In this document: piece by piece, positions 27,091 to 36,584 of the stretch
Layout of the letters: each line of letters starts with the position of its first letter
Position numbering within the stretch: the stretch's first letter is position 1
NCBI GenBank assembly: GCA_963770835.1
Contig: CAVYRH010000004.1
Span: forward strand, 416,001 to 480,000
DNA length: 64,000 bases
Direction of reading: 5' to 3'
From: an uncultured Pseudomonadota bacterium
Lineage (GTDB): Bacteria; Oederibacteriota; Muellerivitia; Muellerivitales; Muellerivitaceae
Program-made: the position numbers and the translations under genes
Notes under the pieces: model-generated
What the model saw: the letters and a program-made list of their open reading frames with translations, nothing else
Told to the model about the DNA's origin: nothing
Databases searched by the model: none

Positions 27091-28429
27091 GGCAATGACC
27101 CTCCAGTTGGTATTTTTTAATCTTGTATTGAAGGGCGGAACGGGAAACACCTAACTTTTTGGCCGCTTGGTTTTGGACGCCCTTGTTATCGACCAGTGCT
27201 TGCAAGATCAATGCCTTCTCCATTTCATCCAGGGTGGTGGTGAGATCGCCCCGGAGATGGAACGAGGGTGAAGGGGACTGGGAGGAATCTGGAACCACGT
27301 GCAGTTCGTCCTTATCGCTGAACACCACGGCCCGCTCCAGGAGATTCTGCAGTTCCCGTACATTGCCGGGCCAGGGATAGGCCTCCAAAATTTTCAGGGA
27401 GGCGGCCGTTAAATGCTTCGGGGGTTTACCCATCTGCCGGGAGAAGCGTTCCAAAAAATGGCCGGCCAGGAGGGGGATGTCGCCCTCCCTTTCCCGCAAG
27501 GGCGGGACATGAATGTTGACGACGTTCAGGCGGTAGAAAAGGTCCTCGCGGAAGGTACCGTTCGACACCTTTTCCTTGAGGTCCCGGTTGGTGGCCACGA
27601 TCAAGCGGATGTCCACCTGGATGGTCTGGTTTCCCCCAACCCGCTCCAACTCCCTTTCCTGGAGCACCCTCAGGAGCTTGACCTGGAGGTCCAATGGAAT
27701 CTCCGAAATCTCGTCGAGGAAGAGGGTGCCGCCGTGGGCCATTTCAAAACGGCCCACCTTGCGCTGGGTGGCCCCGGTGAAGGACCCTTTCTCGTGACCG
27801 AACAACTCGCTCTCCAAAAGGGTGGGAGCCAGGGCCGCGCAGTTGACCTTGATGAAGGGGGATGATTTGAAGGGGCTGGACTGGTGGATGGCGTGTGCCA
27901 CCAGCTCCTTGCCTGTGCCGCTTTCGCCGCTGATCAGGACCGTGGTGCGGGCGGGACTGACGCGCCGCACCGCCTCATAAACCTGGCGCATGGCGGGGCT
28001 GTCGCCCACCATTTTGCCCCGGAAAGGATGGAGACCGTCCTTGGAGAAGCGGCTTTCCTCCGCCGGGAACTTCAACCGCAGGGAATGGGCCACCTTCATC
28101 TCCAGTTCCTCCATGGGGAAGGGCTTGGTAAGGAAGTCGTGCGCTCCCAGCTTGATGGCCGTGACGGCATCTTCCACCGTGCCGTAGGCGGTCATCACCA
28201 GGACACTGACCTGGGAGTCGGTTTCCTTGAGGCGGCGCACCAACTCCAGCCCGTCCATGCCGTTCATCCTCAGGTCCGTGATGACCGCGTCGACCTTCCG
28301 GCGGCTCAGCAGGTCCAGCGCCTCCTCCCCCGAGGGCGCGGTGAAGACGTTGTATTGGGCTTCTTCCAGGTAATCCTGGATGGTTTCCAGCATGTCGGGT
28401 TTGTCGTCCACGATGAGGATGGTGCTCAT
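27077..28429 (-). CDS. NtrC/AtoC/ZraR-type sigma54-dependent response regulator
   Basis: REC domain (DD, D, TAYG, KP); AAA+ with GESGTGKE, ESELFGHEKGSFTGA, WPGNVREL; C-terminal Fis HTH. Confidence 0.95.
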   Translation of the reverse strand: MSTILIVDDKPDMLETIQDYLEEAQYNVFTAPSGEEALDLLSRRKVDAVITDLRMNGMDGLELVRRLKETDSQVSVLVMTAYGTVEDAVTAIKLGAHDFLTKPFPMEELEMKVAHSLRLKFPAEESRFSKDGLHPFRGKMVGDSPAMRQVYEAVRRVSPARTTVLISGESGTGKELVAHAIHQSSPFKSSPFIKVNCAALAPTLLESELFGHEKGSFTGATQRKVGRFEMAHGGTLFLDEISEIPLDLQVKLLRVLQERELERVGGNQTIQVDIRLIVATNRDLKEKVSNGTFREDLFYRLNVVNIHVPPLREREGDIPLLAGHFLERFSRQMGKPPKHLTAASLKILEAYPWPGNVRELQNLLERAVVFSDKDELHVVPDSSQSPSPSFHLRGDLTTTLDEMEKALILQALVDNKGVQNQAAKKLGVSRSALQYKIKKYQLEGHCRDIN

Positions 28430-29895
28430 GCCGCCTCCTGTAATGGCAGAATGACCCGGAAAACAGCGCCGCCTTCGGGACGGTTCAAGGCCTCAACCTG
28501 TCCACCGTGGGCGTGGAAGACTTTTTGAGTGAAGGCCAGGCCCAAACCGGTTCCTTCCGGTTTGGTGCTGAAAAAAGGCTTGAAGAGTTTCGGAAAGTCG
28601 GCCGGGGCAATGCCGGGCCCGTTGTCCTCCACTTCGATCATGGCGCGGTTGAGGATCTGCCTTAGGCGAAGGATGAGCCGGCCGCCGACGGGCATGACCT
28701 GCAGGGCGTTCAAACCCAGGTTGTAAAAGCTGTTGTAAAGGAGGTTCCAGTCCGCGGAGAGGGGTTCGCAGGGCCCGAAGTCCCGCAGGATTTCGACATT
28801 CTGACGCTGGGCCTGGTCCGACAGGTCCTGGACGACGCGTAGGAGGAGCTCGGGCAGGGGGAAGGGCTGGCGCTTCAAATGGAAGGCGCGGCTGTATTCG
28901 AGGAACTTGGACACCAGGATATTCAGGTTTTGGACCTGGGACTGGATCTTTTGGGCCGAGGCCTGCAGGTCCAAGTCCTGGTCCTTGACCTTCTTTTGGA
29001 TGCGGTCCACCTGCCCCTGGATGACCCCCAGGGGGTTGCGGATCTCGTGGGCCATTCCGGCAGCTACCAGCTTCATTTCCACCGCCTGGTTTTCGGCTGC
29101 CTGCCTCAGGTAGTTGAGCTCCACTTCGCGGCTGTGGATCCTCAGGAACATGGCCTGCAGGAGCTTGACCCAGCGGCCCAGCTCGTCCGACCGGATGGCA
29201 TCCTCGGGCTGGGGAAACTGCCCCCGCATGACGTCCTCCGTCATCTTGTAAACCAGGTTCAACGGGTGGATCACCCTCTGGGCCACCAGGGCGCCGGCCA
29301 TGCCGCTGACGCAGAGCCCCACCAGGCCCAGCACGATGGAGACACGGGTAAATTCCTGGATGATGTCCAGGTAATGGGGGTCGGCGTCCACCTCGAGGAT
29401 AACCTTCGACACCAGGGGCAGGAGCACGGACTGGTGAAGGAGGCCGAAATCCCCCTTGTGGATGGGAAGCACCACCGGTTTGGTGAGGGCCTTGTTGAGG
29501 ATGCGGTTCTGGTCCTTGCGCCAGTAGGGCTTGAAGCCGGGAAGGGCCTCGCCGGTGGCGTCCATGAGCACGGTCCCCTGCTGATCCAGGAGCACGATGT
29601 TGTCCAGGACCCCCACCTTCAGGAAACCGCGCAATTGCCGGGAGAGCTTGAGGAAAAAAGCGTCGGGGGTGTCGAAAAATCCGGGCTGGAGCTGGGCGGA
29701 AACCTTCGTTTCCAACTGCTGGGCCACCAGCTGCGCCATGGCGAGGAGCTGTTCGCCCATCTTGGCTTCCAAGCGGTGGTAGGCGATCTGATAGACGATA
29801 GCGCCGGTCCCGGCGAAAAGGAATGCCCAAAGCAGGGCATGGAAGAGAAGAAGCTTCGCCTTTAAAGATTTACCTAGGCGGGTCAGATAAACCAT
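28426..29895 (-). CDS. Membrane sensor histidine kinase (HAMP-HisKA-HATPase)
   Basis: Two TM helices, DELG HAMP, AHEIRNPL, NALQ, DNGPG, FFSTK..GTGLGL. Confidence 0.93.
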   Translation of the reverse strand: MVYLTRLGKSLKAKLLLFHALLWAFLFAGTGAIVYQIAYHRLEAKMGEQLLAMAQLVAQQLETKVSAQLQPGFFDTPDAFFLKLSRQLRGFLKVGVLDNIVLLDQQGTVLMDATGEALPGFKPYWRKDQNRILNKALTKPVVLPIHKGDFGLLHQSVLLPLVSKVILEVDADPHYLDIIQEFTRVSIVLGLVGLCVSGMAGALVAQRVIHPLNLVYKMTEDVMRGQFPQPEDAIRSDELGRWVKLLQAMFLRIHSREVELNYLRQAAENQAVEMKLVAAGMAHEIRNPLGVIQGQVDRIQKKVKDQDLDLQASAQKIQSQVQNLNILVSKFLEYSRAFHLKRQPFPLPELLLRVVQDLSDQAQRQNVEILRDFGPCEPLSADWNLLYNSFYNLGLNALQVMPVGGRLILRLRQILNRAMIEVEDNGPGIAPADFPKLFKPFFSTKPEGTGLGLAFTQKVFHAHGGQVEALNRPEGGAVFRVILPLQEAA

Positions 29896-30278
29896 TCAGT
29901 TGTTCCCTGAAATCCATAAGTTAAACATCGAGTCAGTGAAGATTATTTTAACACTCAGTTTGGAACAAAATTCCAGGGGGGAGGGAGAGATAGGAGAAAC
30001 GTTTACAAAAAACGGGTGAATGGGAAACATTAAACCACGTTTAACAAGTCGTTCTTGACGGGTATTGAAGAGACAGAACGACTACTTCTTTTGCCGCGGT
30101 GCCGCGAAGAAAAGCAAATAATCTGAATGAATTCGGAAATAAAACCGAGTCCCCAATGACAACTGGAGCTGGATTTTGTTCAAGTTTTGAGGGAAGGATA
30201 AGACGCTTTTGGCGATCCATGTTCGTCTTATGCCAAAAGAAAATAAGGTGGCTTCTTTTTAGCGGGATTCCCACATGC

Positions 30279-30701
30279 CTAAAGCGGTTTGCGGTTTTGG
30301 AAACCGCCTTGGAGGCTGTGCCAGTGGGTGATCTCCGCTTCCCCTTCCCGCCAACACAAAAAAACGACTTCGCCGCCGCGGCGGCTGTAAAAATCCACAA
30401 GCCCGGTGTCCAAATCCTTCAAATAGGCGCCGAATTGGACCATGATTTCGAGTTTTTCCTCGAATTGACGGGTTTGGTGACGGAGGATTTCCATGTATTG
30501 GGTGACGGCGGCCCGGCCCCGGGGAAAAAGATCCCCTTCCGGGGAAGCGGCGGTCATTTCCTCGATCTCGATCTGGGCCTGGGTGCGCAAAACGACCGAT
30601 CGAAGATCCCGGAGGGACTTGAGGGACAGGCGGATTTGGGGCAAGAGGGCGTTGGCCTCGTCCACCGTCACCATCTTTATTTTTGTCTCATCGCTGGCCA
30701 T
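30279..30701 (-). CDS. DUF2203 family protein
   Basis: TVDEANALLP, KDLDTGLVDF, FLCWREGE..ITHWH...GGF..RKP. Confidence 0.85.
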   Translation of the reverse strand: MASDETKIKMVTVDEANALLPQIRLSLKSLRDLRSVVLRTQAQIEIEEMTAASPEGDLFPRGRAAVTQYMEILRHQTRQFEEKLEIMVQFGAYLKDLDTGLVDFYSRRGGEVVFLCWREGEAEITHWHSLQGGFQNRKPL

Positions 30702-30769
30702 GAAAGTTCCTTGCCGCGCATTGTAACAGGTTTTTGGAAGGTCCCTCAATTGCTCCCGAATATTTTTAA

Positions 30770-30798
30770 TTGACATTTATTTCCATTTGCAATAAATT
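30770..30798 (+). promoter_or_regulatory. Sigma70 promoter of the PerR-like gene
   Basis: TTGACA - 17 bp - TAAATT. Confidence 0.65.
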
Positions 30799-30805
30799 AC
30801 CATTT

Positions 30806-31297
30806 GTGAAAACGGCCCCCCAAAACACAAGGGAGAAAATGAGACATTTTGAGGAACTGTGCCGGCAGCAAGGCGTCCCCTTGACGGTTCAGCGCTGCGT
30901 TATCCTGGAAACCTTGGCCCTGCGCGAGGACCACCCGACGGCGGACCAGGTTTTTGAGGACGTGGCCCACCGACTGCCGGGGTTGTCACGGACCACCGTT
31001 TATCGCGTTTTGGAAACCCTGGTGGAAATGGGCGTCATCCATAAGGCCAATCACTTGGGCTCAGCCGCCCGGTATGACCCTAATACCGAAAGGCACCACC
31101 ATTTAACCTGTCTTTCCTGTCACAAGGTCATGGATATGAAAGAAGAAGCGGTTCGGGAATTGGTCATTCCAAAGGGATCAGCCAAGGGCTTTGAAATCAC
31201 CAATTATTCCGTGCATTTCAAGGGCTATTGCGCTGACTGCCTGAAAAACGGAAAAAATTCCAAGCCCCCGGGGCGGAAGGCCGGTCCAGGCAAATAA
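30806..31297 (+). CDS. Fur-family regulator, probably PerR-like
   Basis: TVQR, HPTAD, SRTTVYR, HHHLTCLSC, CADC; immediately upstream of ahpC. Start is GTG 30806 or ATG 30839. Confidence 0.88.
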   Translation: MKTAPQNTREKMRHFEELCRQQGVPLTVQRCVILETLALREDHPTADQVFEDVAHRLPGLSRTTVYRVLETLVEMGVIHKANHLGSAARYDPNTERHHHLTCLSCHKVMDMKEEAVRELVIPKGSAKGFEITNYSVHFKGYCADCLKNGKNSKPPGRKAGPGK

Positions 31298-31425
31298 GAA
31301 ACCGACGGACCCGCGATTCCGGGTTTTAAATTTAATTCGAGGGCTTGAACCGGAGCCCTGGGATTTGGATACTACCGGTCTCTTGAAGAAGCGGTGGATT
31401 TAGAAAAGAAAAGGGAGGTTGTGCT

Positions 31426-31947
31426 ATGCCAGTTCAAGTGGGACAAAAAGCCCCTGATTTCCAGGGACAAGCCGTGATGCCGAACGGGGAATTCAAGGAC
31501 GTCAAATTGTCGGATTACAAAGGGAAATGGGTAGTGTTGTTTTTCTATCCCCTGGATTTTACCTTTGTTTGCCCGACCGAAATCAAGGCTTTCAATGAGA
31601 AGTACGATGAGTTCAAGAAGATGGGCGCCGAGGTTATCACGGCCTCGACCGACAGCGTCTACAGCCACAAGGCCTGGCAGGAAGCCACCTTGGGCAAGCT
31701 GAAGTTCCCCCATTTGGCGGATACCGCCCACCATATTTCCCGCGCCTACGGCGTGCTGATCGAGGATAAGGGTATCGCCTTGCGCGGAACCTTTGTCATC
31801 GACCCAGAAGGGAATTTGAAGCATTCAACCGTGAACGACACGGCGGTCGGCCGCAACGTGGAAGAGACCATCCGCACCTTGGCGGCTTTTGAGACTGGCA
31901 AATTGACGGGTTGCGGCTGGACACCCGGAGAGAAGACGTTGAACTAA
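31426..31947 (+). CDS. ahpC: 2-Cys peroxiredoxin AhpC/Prx1
   Basis: FFYPLDFTFVCPTE, ALRGTFVIDP, GRNVEE, C-terminal CGWTPG. Confidence 0.92.
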   Translation: MPVQVGQKAPDFQGQAVMPNGEFKDVKLSDYKGKWVVLFFYPLDFTFVCPTEIKAFNEKYDEFKKMGAEVITASTDSVYSHKAWQEATLGKLKFPHLADTAHHISRAYGVLIEDKGIALRGTFVIDPEGNLKHSTVNDTAVGRNVEETIRTLAAFETGKLTGCGWTPGEKTLN

Positions 31948-31968
31948 AGTTTTCTTGCGAAAGCTTCT

Positions 31969-32000
31969 AAAGGGCTTCCCCCACGGGGAGGCCCTTTTTT
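31969..32000 (+). terminator. Rho-independent terminator
   Basis: AAAGGGCTTCCCC-CAC-GGGGAGGCCCTTTTTT. Confidence 0.75.
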
Positions 32001-32003
32001 GTT

Positions 32004-34157
32004 TTATGGCGGCGTTCCTGGGGCCATTCCCTCCAGTTTCGAGGACCGTAAAAGTTGGTCGATCATTCCAATGTTTTGCAAAGCGGAAGTGTGGTTCCAC
32101 GGGCATTGCGTGGCTTTTTTATAAAGCTGTCTCGAGTCCTGGAGCCGGCCCTGCAGAAAACGCATGTACCCCAATTCGTTGTAAACGGCCGCGGTCGGAT
32201 AACCCGACCGCTGGGCTTGGAGAAGGGCCAAGAGGGAGGAAGCGAAGTCATGGTCGGCGGACCCATGCAGATAAACAGCTTCCCAAAACAAGGATTCCAA
32301 TAGCGGGTCACCCTTGAAGAGAGGACGCATTCCCATCAAGGCCCGCGCGATTTTTTGATGGCTTTCCTCGAAAGTGAGGTGCATGGTTTCGACCGTAACT
32401 TCCCGCATGGCCCGGTTGGCGCTCAAAAGCCTGGAAAAGAGTGGCTCAACCGCCGGATCCAAAGGCAGGACCATGAGCATGAGGGAACCGTCCGAATCTT
32501 CGGCCCTGGGCGGAAGAACGGCAAACCGGGCTTGAGGAAACCGGGTCTTTAAGAAGGGATAACAGTTTTCATTGACCAACAAGGCCCCCCATTTGGGATG
32601 GCTTTGGGAGTACTTAGGATTTTCGGCGGCGTTAAAGGGGAAAGTGGACACAATCAGGGAAGGATCGGGCGGGGAAACGAGATTGGTCAGGATCCAACCC
32701 GGCCCCCATTGGTCGGCGGTCGATTTCAGAAGCTTGAAGGCCTCGCCAAAGGGATAAAACCGGAGACCCTGCTCCGGATAATGCTTTTGCCCCCCTGGGG
32801 CCCAAGCCTTGGGACAAATATCAAAAAGTTGGTATCCGTCCAACCCCATGGAAGCGGCAAAAACGAGGGAAAGGATCCAAGGCCTGATCGGTTTTTTCAT
32901 CCAACCTAAAAACATTTCCAAACCCATGACAACCGTGACGAGAAGCAAGGGAAAGACCTGGATAACGCGGAAACATTCGATATTGGCGGTTAAAGCGCCG
33001 GGCAGCATCATCAGGAGAAAGGAAACCACTCCCCACCGAATCCAGGGGGAGCGCCACCTTCGTGTGAGGCCGATCAAACCCAGGAAAAAAAACGCATCCA
33101 GCAAAGGGTTCAAGAAACCGCCCCAGTTGGGCATGTAACATCCCTCTTGAAGCCCTCCCCACCAGAGGACAGAAAAATAAGTCAAAGAAGTCAGCAACTG
33201 GTTCCACCCTATTTGGGCCGAGCTGGGTGGAATGAGGATCGAAGCGATGTAATGGCCCATGGGCCCATCGGTGAAAAGAAAATAGAAATAAGGAGCGGCC
33301 AGGAGAAGCAGCGGGGCCCCATAAAGCCGTCCAACCTCCCTCCAAGTAATTTGGCGGGCCTTGCACATTACCCAAGCCAAATAAGCCATGGAAAGCGCTA
33401 TGGCTGGCCAGGAAGTAAACGCATAGAAGCCCAAGCCGGTGGCCGCCCCGAATAAAACCAGACCCTTCCTTTGGCCGATGGGGGTATCCGCTTTCCAAAA
33501 ATAGCCCGCCGCGGTGAAAGCCAGGCATTCCCAAAGAAGAACCAGCACGCCGGCGTGGGAAAAACGGCCCTCCACCAGCGGCCAAAAGCTGAAGGCCAAC
33601 AAAAGAAAGGCTAAAAATGAAAAACGGGCCGGAAAGAAAAAACGCGTAGCCGCGTAACCGAAGGCGACGGTCAGGATGGAGATCAAAGCCGGAAATAACC
33701 AAAGGGAAAAGAGGGAAGGCTCAAAAAATTTAAAAAGGAGGCCCAATCCCCAGATGTAAAAGGGTGGAAATTGGGAGCAAGTATAAAAGAATTGAGGTTT
33801 TTGGCCCTGCACCAGTTCCAGGCCCAGGTAGCTGTGCATGGCTTCGTCCTGAAGCGGCCAAGCCGCAAGGGTCGTCAGGCGGTAAAGCCGCAGGAGAATC
33901 GCGCCGGCCAGGAGAACCATCCAAAACCAGGTTGGGATATGGAAAGAAACAGTGTCGAACAAAGGCTCCGGTTTTGATTTTAAAGTCATTGGAATACCGA
34001 CGAGAGGGAGAAGGATTCCAAAGAAGAATATCCAAAGTTTCCAAGATGCCGGGAGGGAAACGAAAGAGAGAAGCCCGTTGGAAACCACGCTGGCTAAAAG
34101 AAAAATCCAAAGAGGCATAGAGGTTAAAAACAAATCAGGCAGTGGTGTTTTTTTCAT
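32004..34157 (-). CDS. GT-C (PMT/ArnT-like) polytopic glycosyltransferase with C-terminal TPR
   Basis: LRLYRL...DE motif, PP.Y, FSFWP...RF, many TM helices, TPR-like tail. Confidence 0.75.
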   Translation of the reverse strand: MKKTPLPDLFLTSMPLWIFLLASVVSNGLLSFVSLPASWKLWIFFFGILLPLVGIPMTLKSKPEPLFDTVSFHIPTWFWMVLLAGAILLRLYRLTTLAAWPLQDEAMHSYLGLELVQGQKPQFFYTCSQFPPFYIWGLGLLFKFFEPSLFSLWLFPALISILTVAFGYAATRFFFPARFSFLAFLLLAFSFWPLVEGRFSHAGVLVLLWECLAFTAAGYFWKADTPIGQRKGLVLFGAATGLGFYAFTSWPAIALSMAYLAWVMCKARQITWREVGRLYGAPLLLLAAPYFYFLFTDGPMGHYIASILIPPSSAQIGWNQLLTSLTYFSVLWWGGLQEGCYMPNWGGFLNPLLDAFFFLGLIGLTRRWRSPWIRWGVVSFLLMMLPGALTANIECFRVIQVFPLLLVTVVMGLEMFLGWMKKPIRPWILSLVFAASMGLDGYQLFDICPKAWAPGGQKHYPEQGLRFYPFGEAFKLLKSTADQWGPGWILTNLVSPPDPSLIVSTFPFNAAENPKYSQSHPKWGALLVNENCYPFLKTRFPQARFAVLPPRAEDSDGSLMLMVLPLDPAVEPLFSRLLSANRAMREVTVETMHLTFEESHQKIARALMGMRPLFKGDPLLESLFWEAVYLHGSADHDFASSLLALLQAQRSGYPTAAVYNELGYMRFLQGRLQDSRQLYKKATQCPWNHTSALQNIGMIDQLLRSSKLEGMAPGTPP

Positions 34158-34239
34158 GAAAGGAAAACCAGTAGGAGTTTGGACAAGGTGAATTTATTTT
34201 ATCCGCTCCGGCAGGATGTCTAAAGAGCAAACCTCTTTG

Positions 34240-35430
34240 TTAAAGAGTGGTGGGGCGGGTGGTCGAAACGCCGTCCGAGTGTGGTGGAAGGGGGGGCGTC
34301 TCCTCGAGCGGTTTTACAATGAGGCTTTTTCCCTTCAAGAGAGGGAAGAAGAGGCGGCTCGAGAGGCGGGGGGTGTAAAGGTAGTTGGACATGCCGGAAC
34401 CCGATAAGTCCTTCCCCTCATGGGTCCAACGCACTTGGTCTTGAAAGATGAGATGGACCGGTCCGTCGGAAAGGATATTTTGGTGTTCGATGGTTGAATG
34501 GAATCTTCCGTGAGCGTCGGGCTCCAAAAGCATGATGACGCGCTCATAGGGGACAAGAAAAAAGTTATGTTTGCGACCCGAAAAGTGAAAAAGACCCTCT
34601 CCGGCGGCAATTTCGGGTTTTTCCTTCTCAAAAACAAAAAAGGCTCCTCGGGTGGATTCTGATTCTTGAACCGGAGCCTGAGCCGAATAAACAATCGTTC
34701 TGTCGCCAAGGAATGCCCTCCCCCAATGCCAGGCTTTCACGAAGCGGTCAATGGGAACGGTTCCAAAATGATGATCGTGATAGCCTTTTCCAATAAAAGA
34801 CACCGCCTTGCGGGATTCGCCCTCATGGTTCACCCATTCGAAGGTTCCTTCTACATGGCACAAGGGGGCGGCCAAGATCCAGGTATGGGTGGAAGGAATA
34901 TCCAGCTGGGGAAGGGTGGGTTGGTATTTAAGAAGGGGTGTGAAAAAAAGCCGGGCCCGGACAGCGGTCCTGCCGCCGTGGAGAGGAGCCTGGGCTGTCA
35001 GGACGTAGGAAGGGGGATCCCCCCGTTGGTCCCAGTTGAAGCGGTTCGGCCCCAAAAGGACCGCACCATGCTTATCGGAAGCCTTTAGGGATTTTTGAGG
35101 GAATTCCTGGAAGCTTTCCACCACCATGCTTCCTTTATGGAAAAGACGGAAGGAAAACCCACAATAATCCAACGGGTTCGGCGGGCTCACCGCAGGCGGG
35201 TTAGGGACTTCCGGCGAGCGGGAGGAGTCCATTAACGGGGATTTCGTTTTTTCCCAATAGGTTTTTAAGCTATCTTGATAATAAGCGGAAAAAAGGTTCC
35301 CCGCGTGGAATTGGATGGAGAAGGAATAGCCGGATTTTTCGTCCGTCCCATCGAAATGCCACCATTCGTAGGCCCCCGGCGATTTTTGGGGCCGGTGGAA
35401 ATCCTGCTCAACTCCCGCTAAGAGGTTCAT
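34240..35430 (-). CDS. crtC: CrtC-like carotenoid 1,2-hydratase
   Basis: PGAYEWWHFDG, F.GNLFSAYY, HTW and GYHDH motifs, WHWGR. Confidence 0.7.
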   Translation of the reverse strand: MNLLAGVEQDFHRPQKSPGAYEWWHFDGTDEKSGYSFSIQFHAGNLFSAYYQDSLKTYWEKTKSPLMDSSRSPEVPNPPAVSPPNPLDYCGFSFRLFHKGSMVVESFQEFPQKSLKASDKHGAVLLGPNRFNWDQRGDPPSYVLTAQAPLHGGRTAVRARLFFTPLLKYQPTLPQLDIPSTHTWILAAPLCHVEGTFEWVNHEGESRKAVSFIGKGYHDHHFGTVPIDRFVKAWHWGRAFLGDRTIVYSAQAPVQESESTRGAFFVFEKEKPEIAAGEGLFHFSGRKHNFFLVPYERVIMLLEPDAHGRFHSTIEHQNILSDGPVHLIFQDQVRWTHEGKDLSGSGMSNYLYTPRLSSRLFFPLLKGKSLIVKPLEETPPLPPHSDGVSTTRPTTL

Positions 35431-35432
35431 GC

Positions 35433-36560
35433 GTGTTCCTAGTGGCTGCCTATTGGTGGTTCCTGGCGGTTTACCTGATTTATTGCGCCTGGGATAACAC
35501 CCGGCTTTTCGTGAAGCCTTCCCTGCCCGATCCTAAACGAAAAAAATGGCCCTTTGTTTCCGTCTTAATTCCCGCGCGGAACGAGGAATTCCGCGTCCGG
35601 CCGTGCTTGGAGAGCTTGCTGAAGCAGGATTATCCCGCCTTCGAGATACTGGTGCTGGACGACCGGTCCACCGACCGCACGTTTAATCTAGTGAAGGAAT
35701 TAGCCAAACACAACCTCCGCTTGAAAATTCTCAGGGGCCGGGAACTTCCACCCGGGTGGGTTGGCAAACCCTGGGCCTGTTTCCAGCTTTCCAAAAAAGC
35801 CAAGGGCGAATGGTTTTTCTTCACGGACGCGGATACCTGGCACCAGCCGGAAATGTTGAAACGCACGGTCCAAATGGCGGAGGAAAAGAAAGCGGATGTC
35901 CTGACCCTTTTCACACGGCAAGTGACCAAGACCTGGATGGAAGCCCTCGTCATTCCCGTGATGGCTTACACCCTTTTAGCTTTCCTGCCGGCCCGGTGGT
36001 CCTTAAAAAAGGGAAGCTTCTTTAACCGGTTTGCCGGGGTCAGTGGACAGTTTGTTTTTATCAAAAGGGTTGTTTACCGGGCCTTTGGAGGGCATGAGAC
36101 GGTGAAAAACGAAATCGTCGAGGACCTGAATTTAGGAAAGCAAATTGTCCGAAACGGTTACCGACTGGCCTATGGGGATGGGTCAGATTTTTCTTTTTGC
36201 CGCATGTACACCAATGCCGGGGAAGTTTGGCAAGGGTTCTCCAAGAACTTCTTCCCCGCCGTGGCCTTTTCACCCCTTTACTTCTTGAACGCTTTCATTG
36301 TTTTGATCCTGGATGGGGTGCTGCCCTTCGCGGCCGTCGCCATGGGTTCCAGTTTTTCCTTGTTCTGGCCGGGTTTAGCCATGGCCTTGGTGTCCTTGGG
36401 AGTTCGCGGACTTCAGGCCCTGAAATACGGCTACCATAAAGGATCGGTCTTGTTTCATCCCCTGGGATGCTTGTTGTTCGCGTTGATCGGCTTAAACTCG
36501 ATTCGTTGGTTTTGGTTTGGGGGCGGTCATTGGAAGGGAAGAACCTTAAAAGAGGGCTGA
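35433..36560 (+). CDS. GT2 glycosyltransferase (carotenoid/hopanoid glycosyltransferase-like)
   Basis: LIPARNEE, DDRSTD, LPPGWVGKPWAC, FTDADT, GQF, GGH..V...IVED, RMY, HWKGR. Confidence 0.85.
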   Translation: MFLVAAYWWFLAVYLIYCAWDNTRLFVKPSLPDPKRKKWPFVSVLIPARNEEFRVRPCLESLLKQDYPAFEILVLDDRSTDRTFNLVKELAKHNLRLKILRGRELPPGWVGKPWACFQLSKKAKGEWFFFTDADTWHQPEMLKRTVQMAEEKKADVLTLFTRQVTKTWMEALVIPVMAYTLLAFLPARWSLKKGSFFNRFAGVSGQFVFIKRVVYRAFGGHETVKNEIVEDLNLGKQIVRNGYRLAYGDGSDFSFCRMYTNAGEVWQGFSKNFFPAVAFSPLYFLNAFIVLILDGVLPFAAVAMGSSFSLFWPGLAMALVSLGVRGLQALKYGYHKGSVLFHPLGCLLFALIGLNSIRWFWFGGGHWKGRTLKEG

Positions 36561-36584
36561 GTGTTTTATAAATTTTACCCGGCT

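Noticed and set aside
28493..29865. Long alternative-frame ORFs (445 aa, 328 aa) over the histidine kinase, and similar shadow ORFs throughout the window
   Set aside because: Expected in GC-rich coding DNA; low-complexity Pro/Arg/Gly or antisense translations with no motifs.
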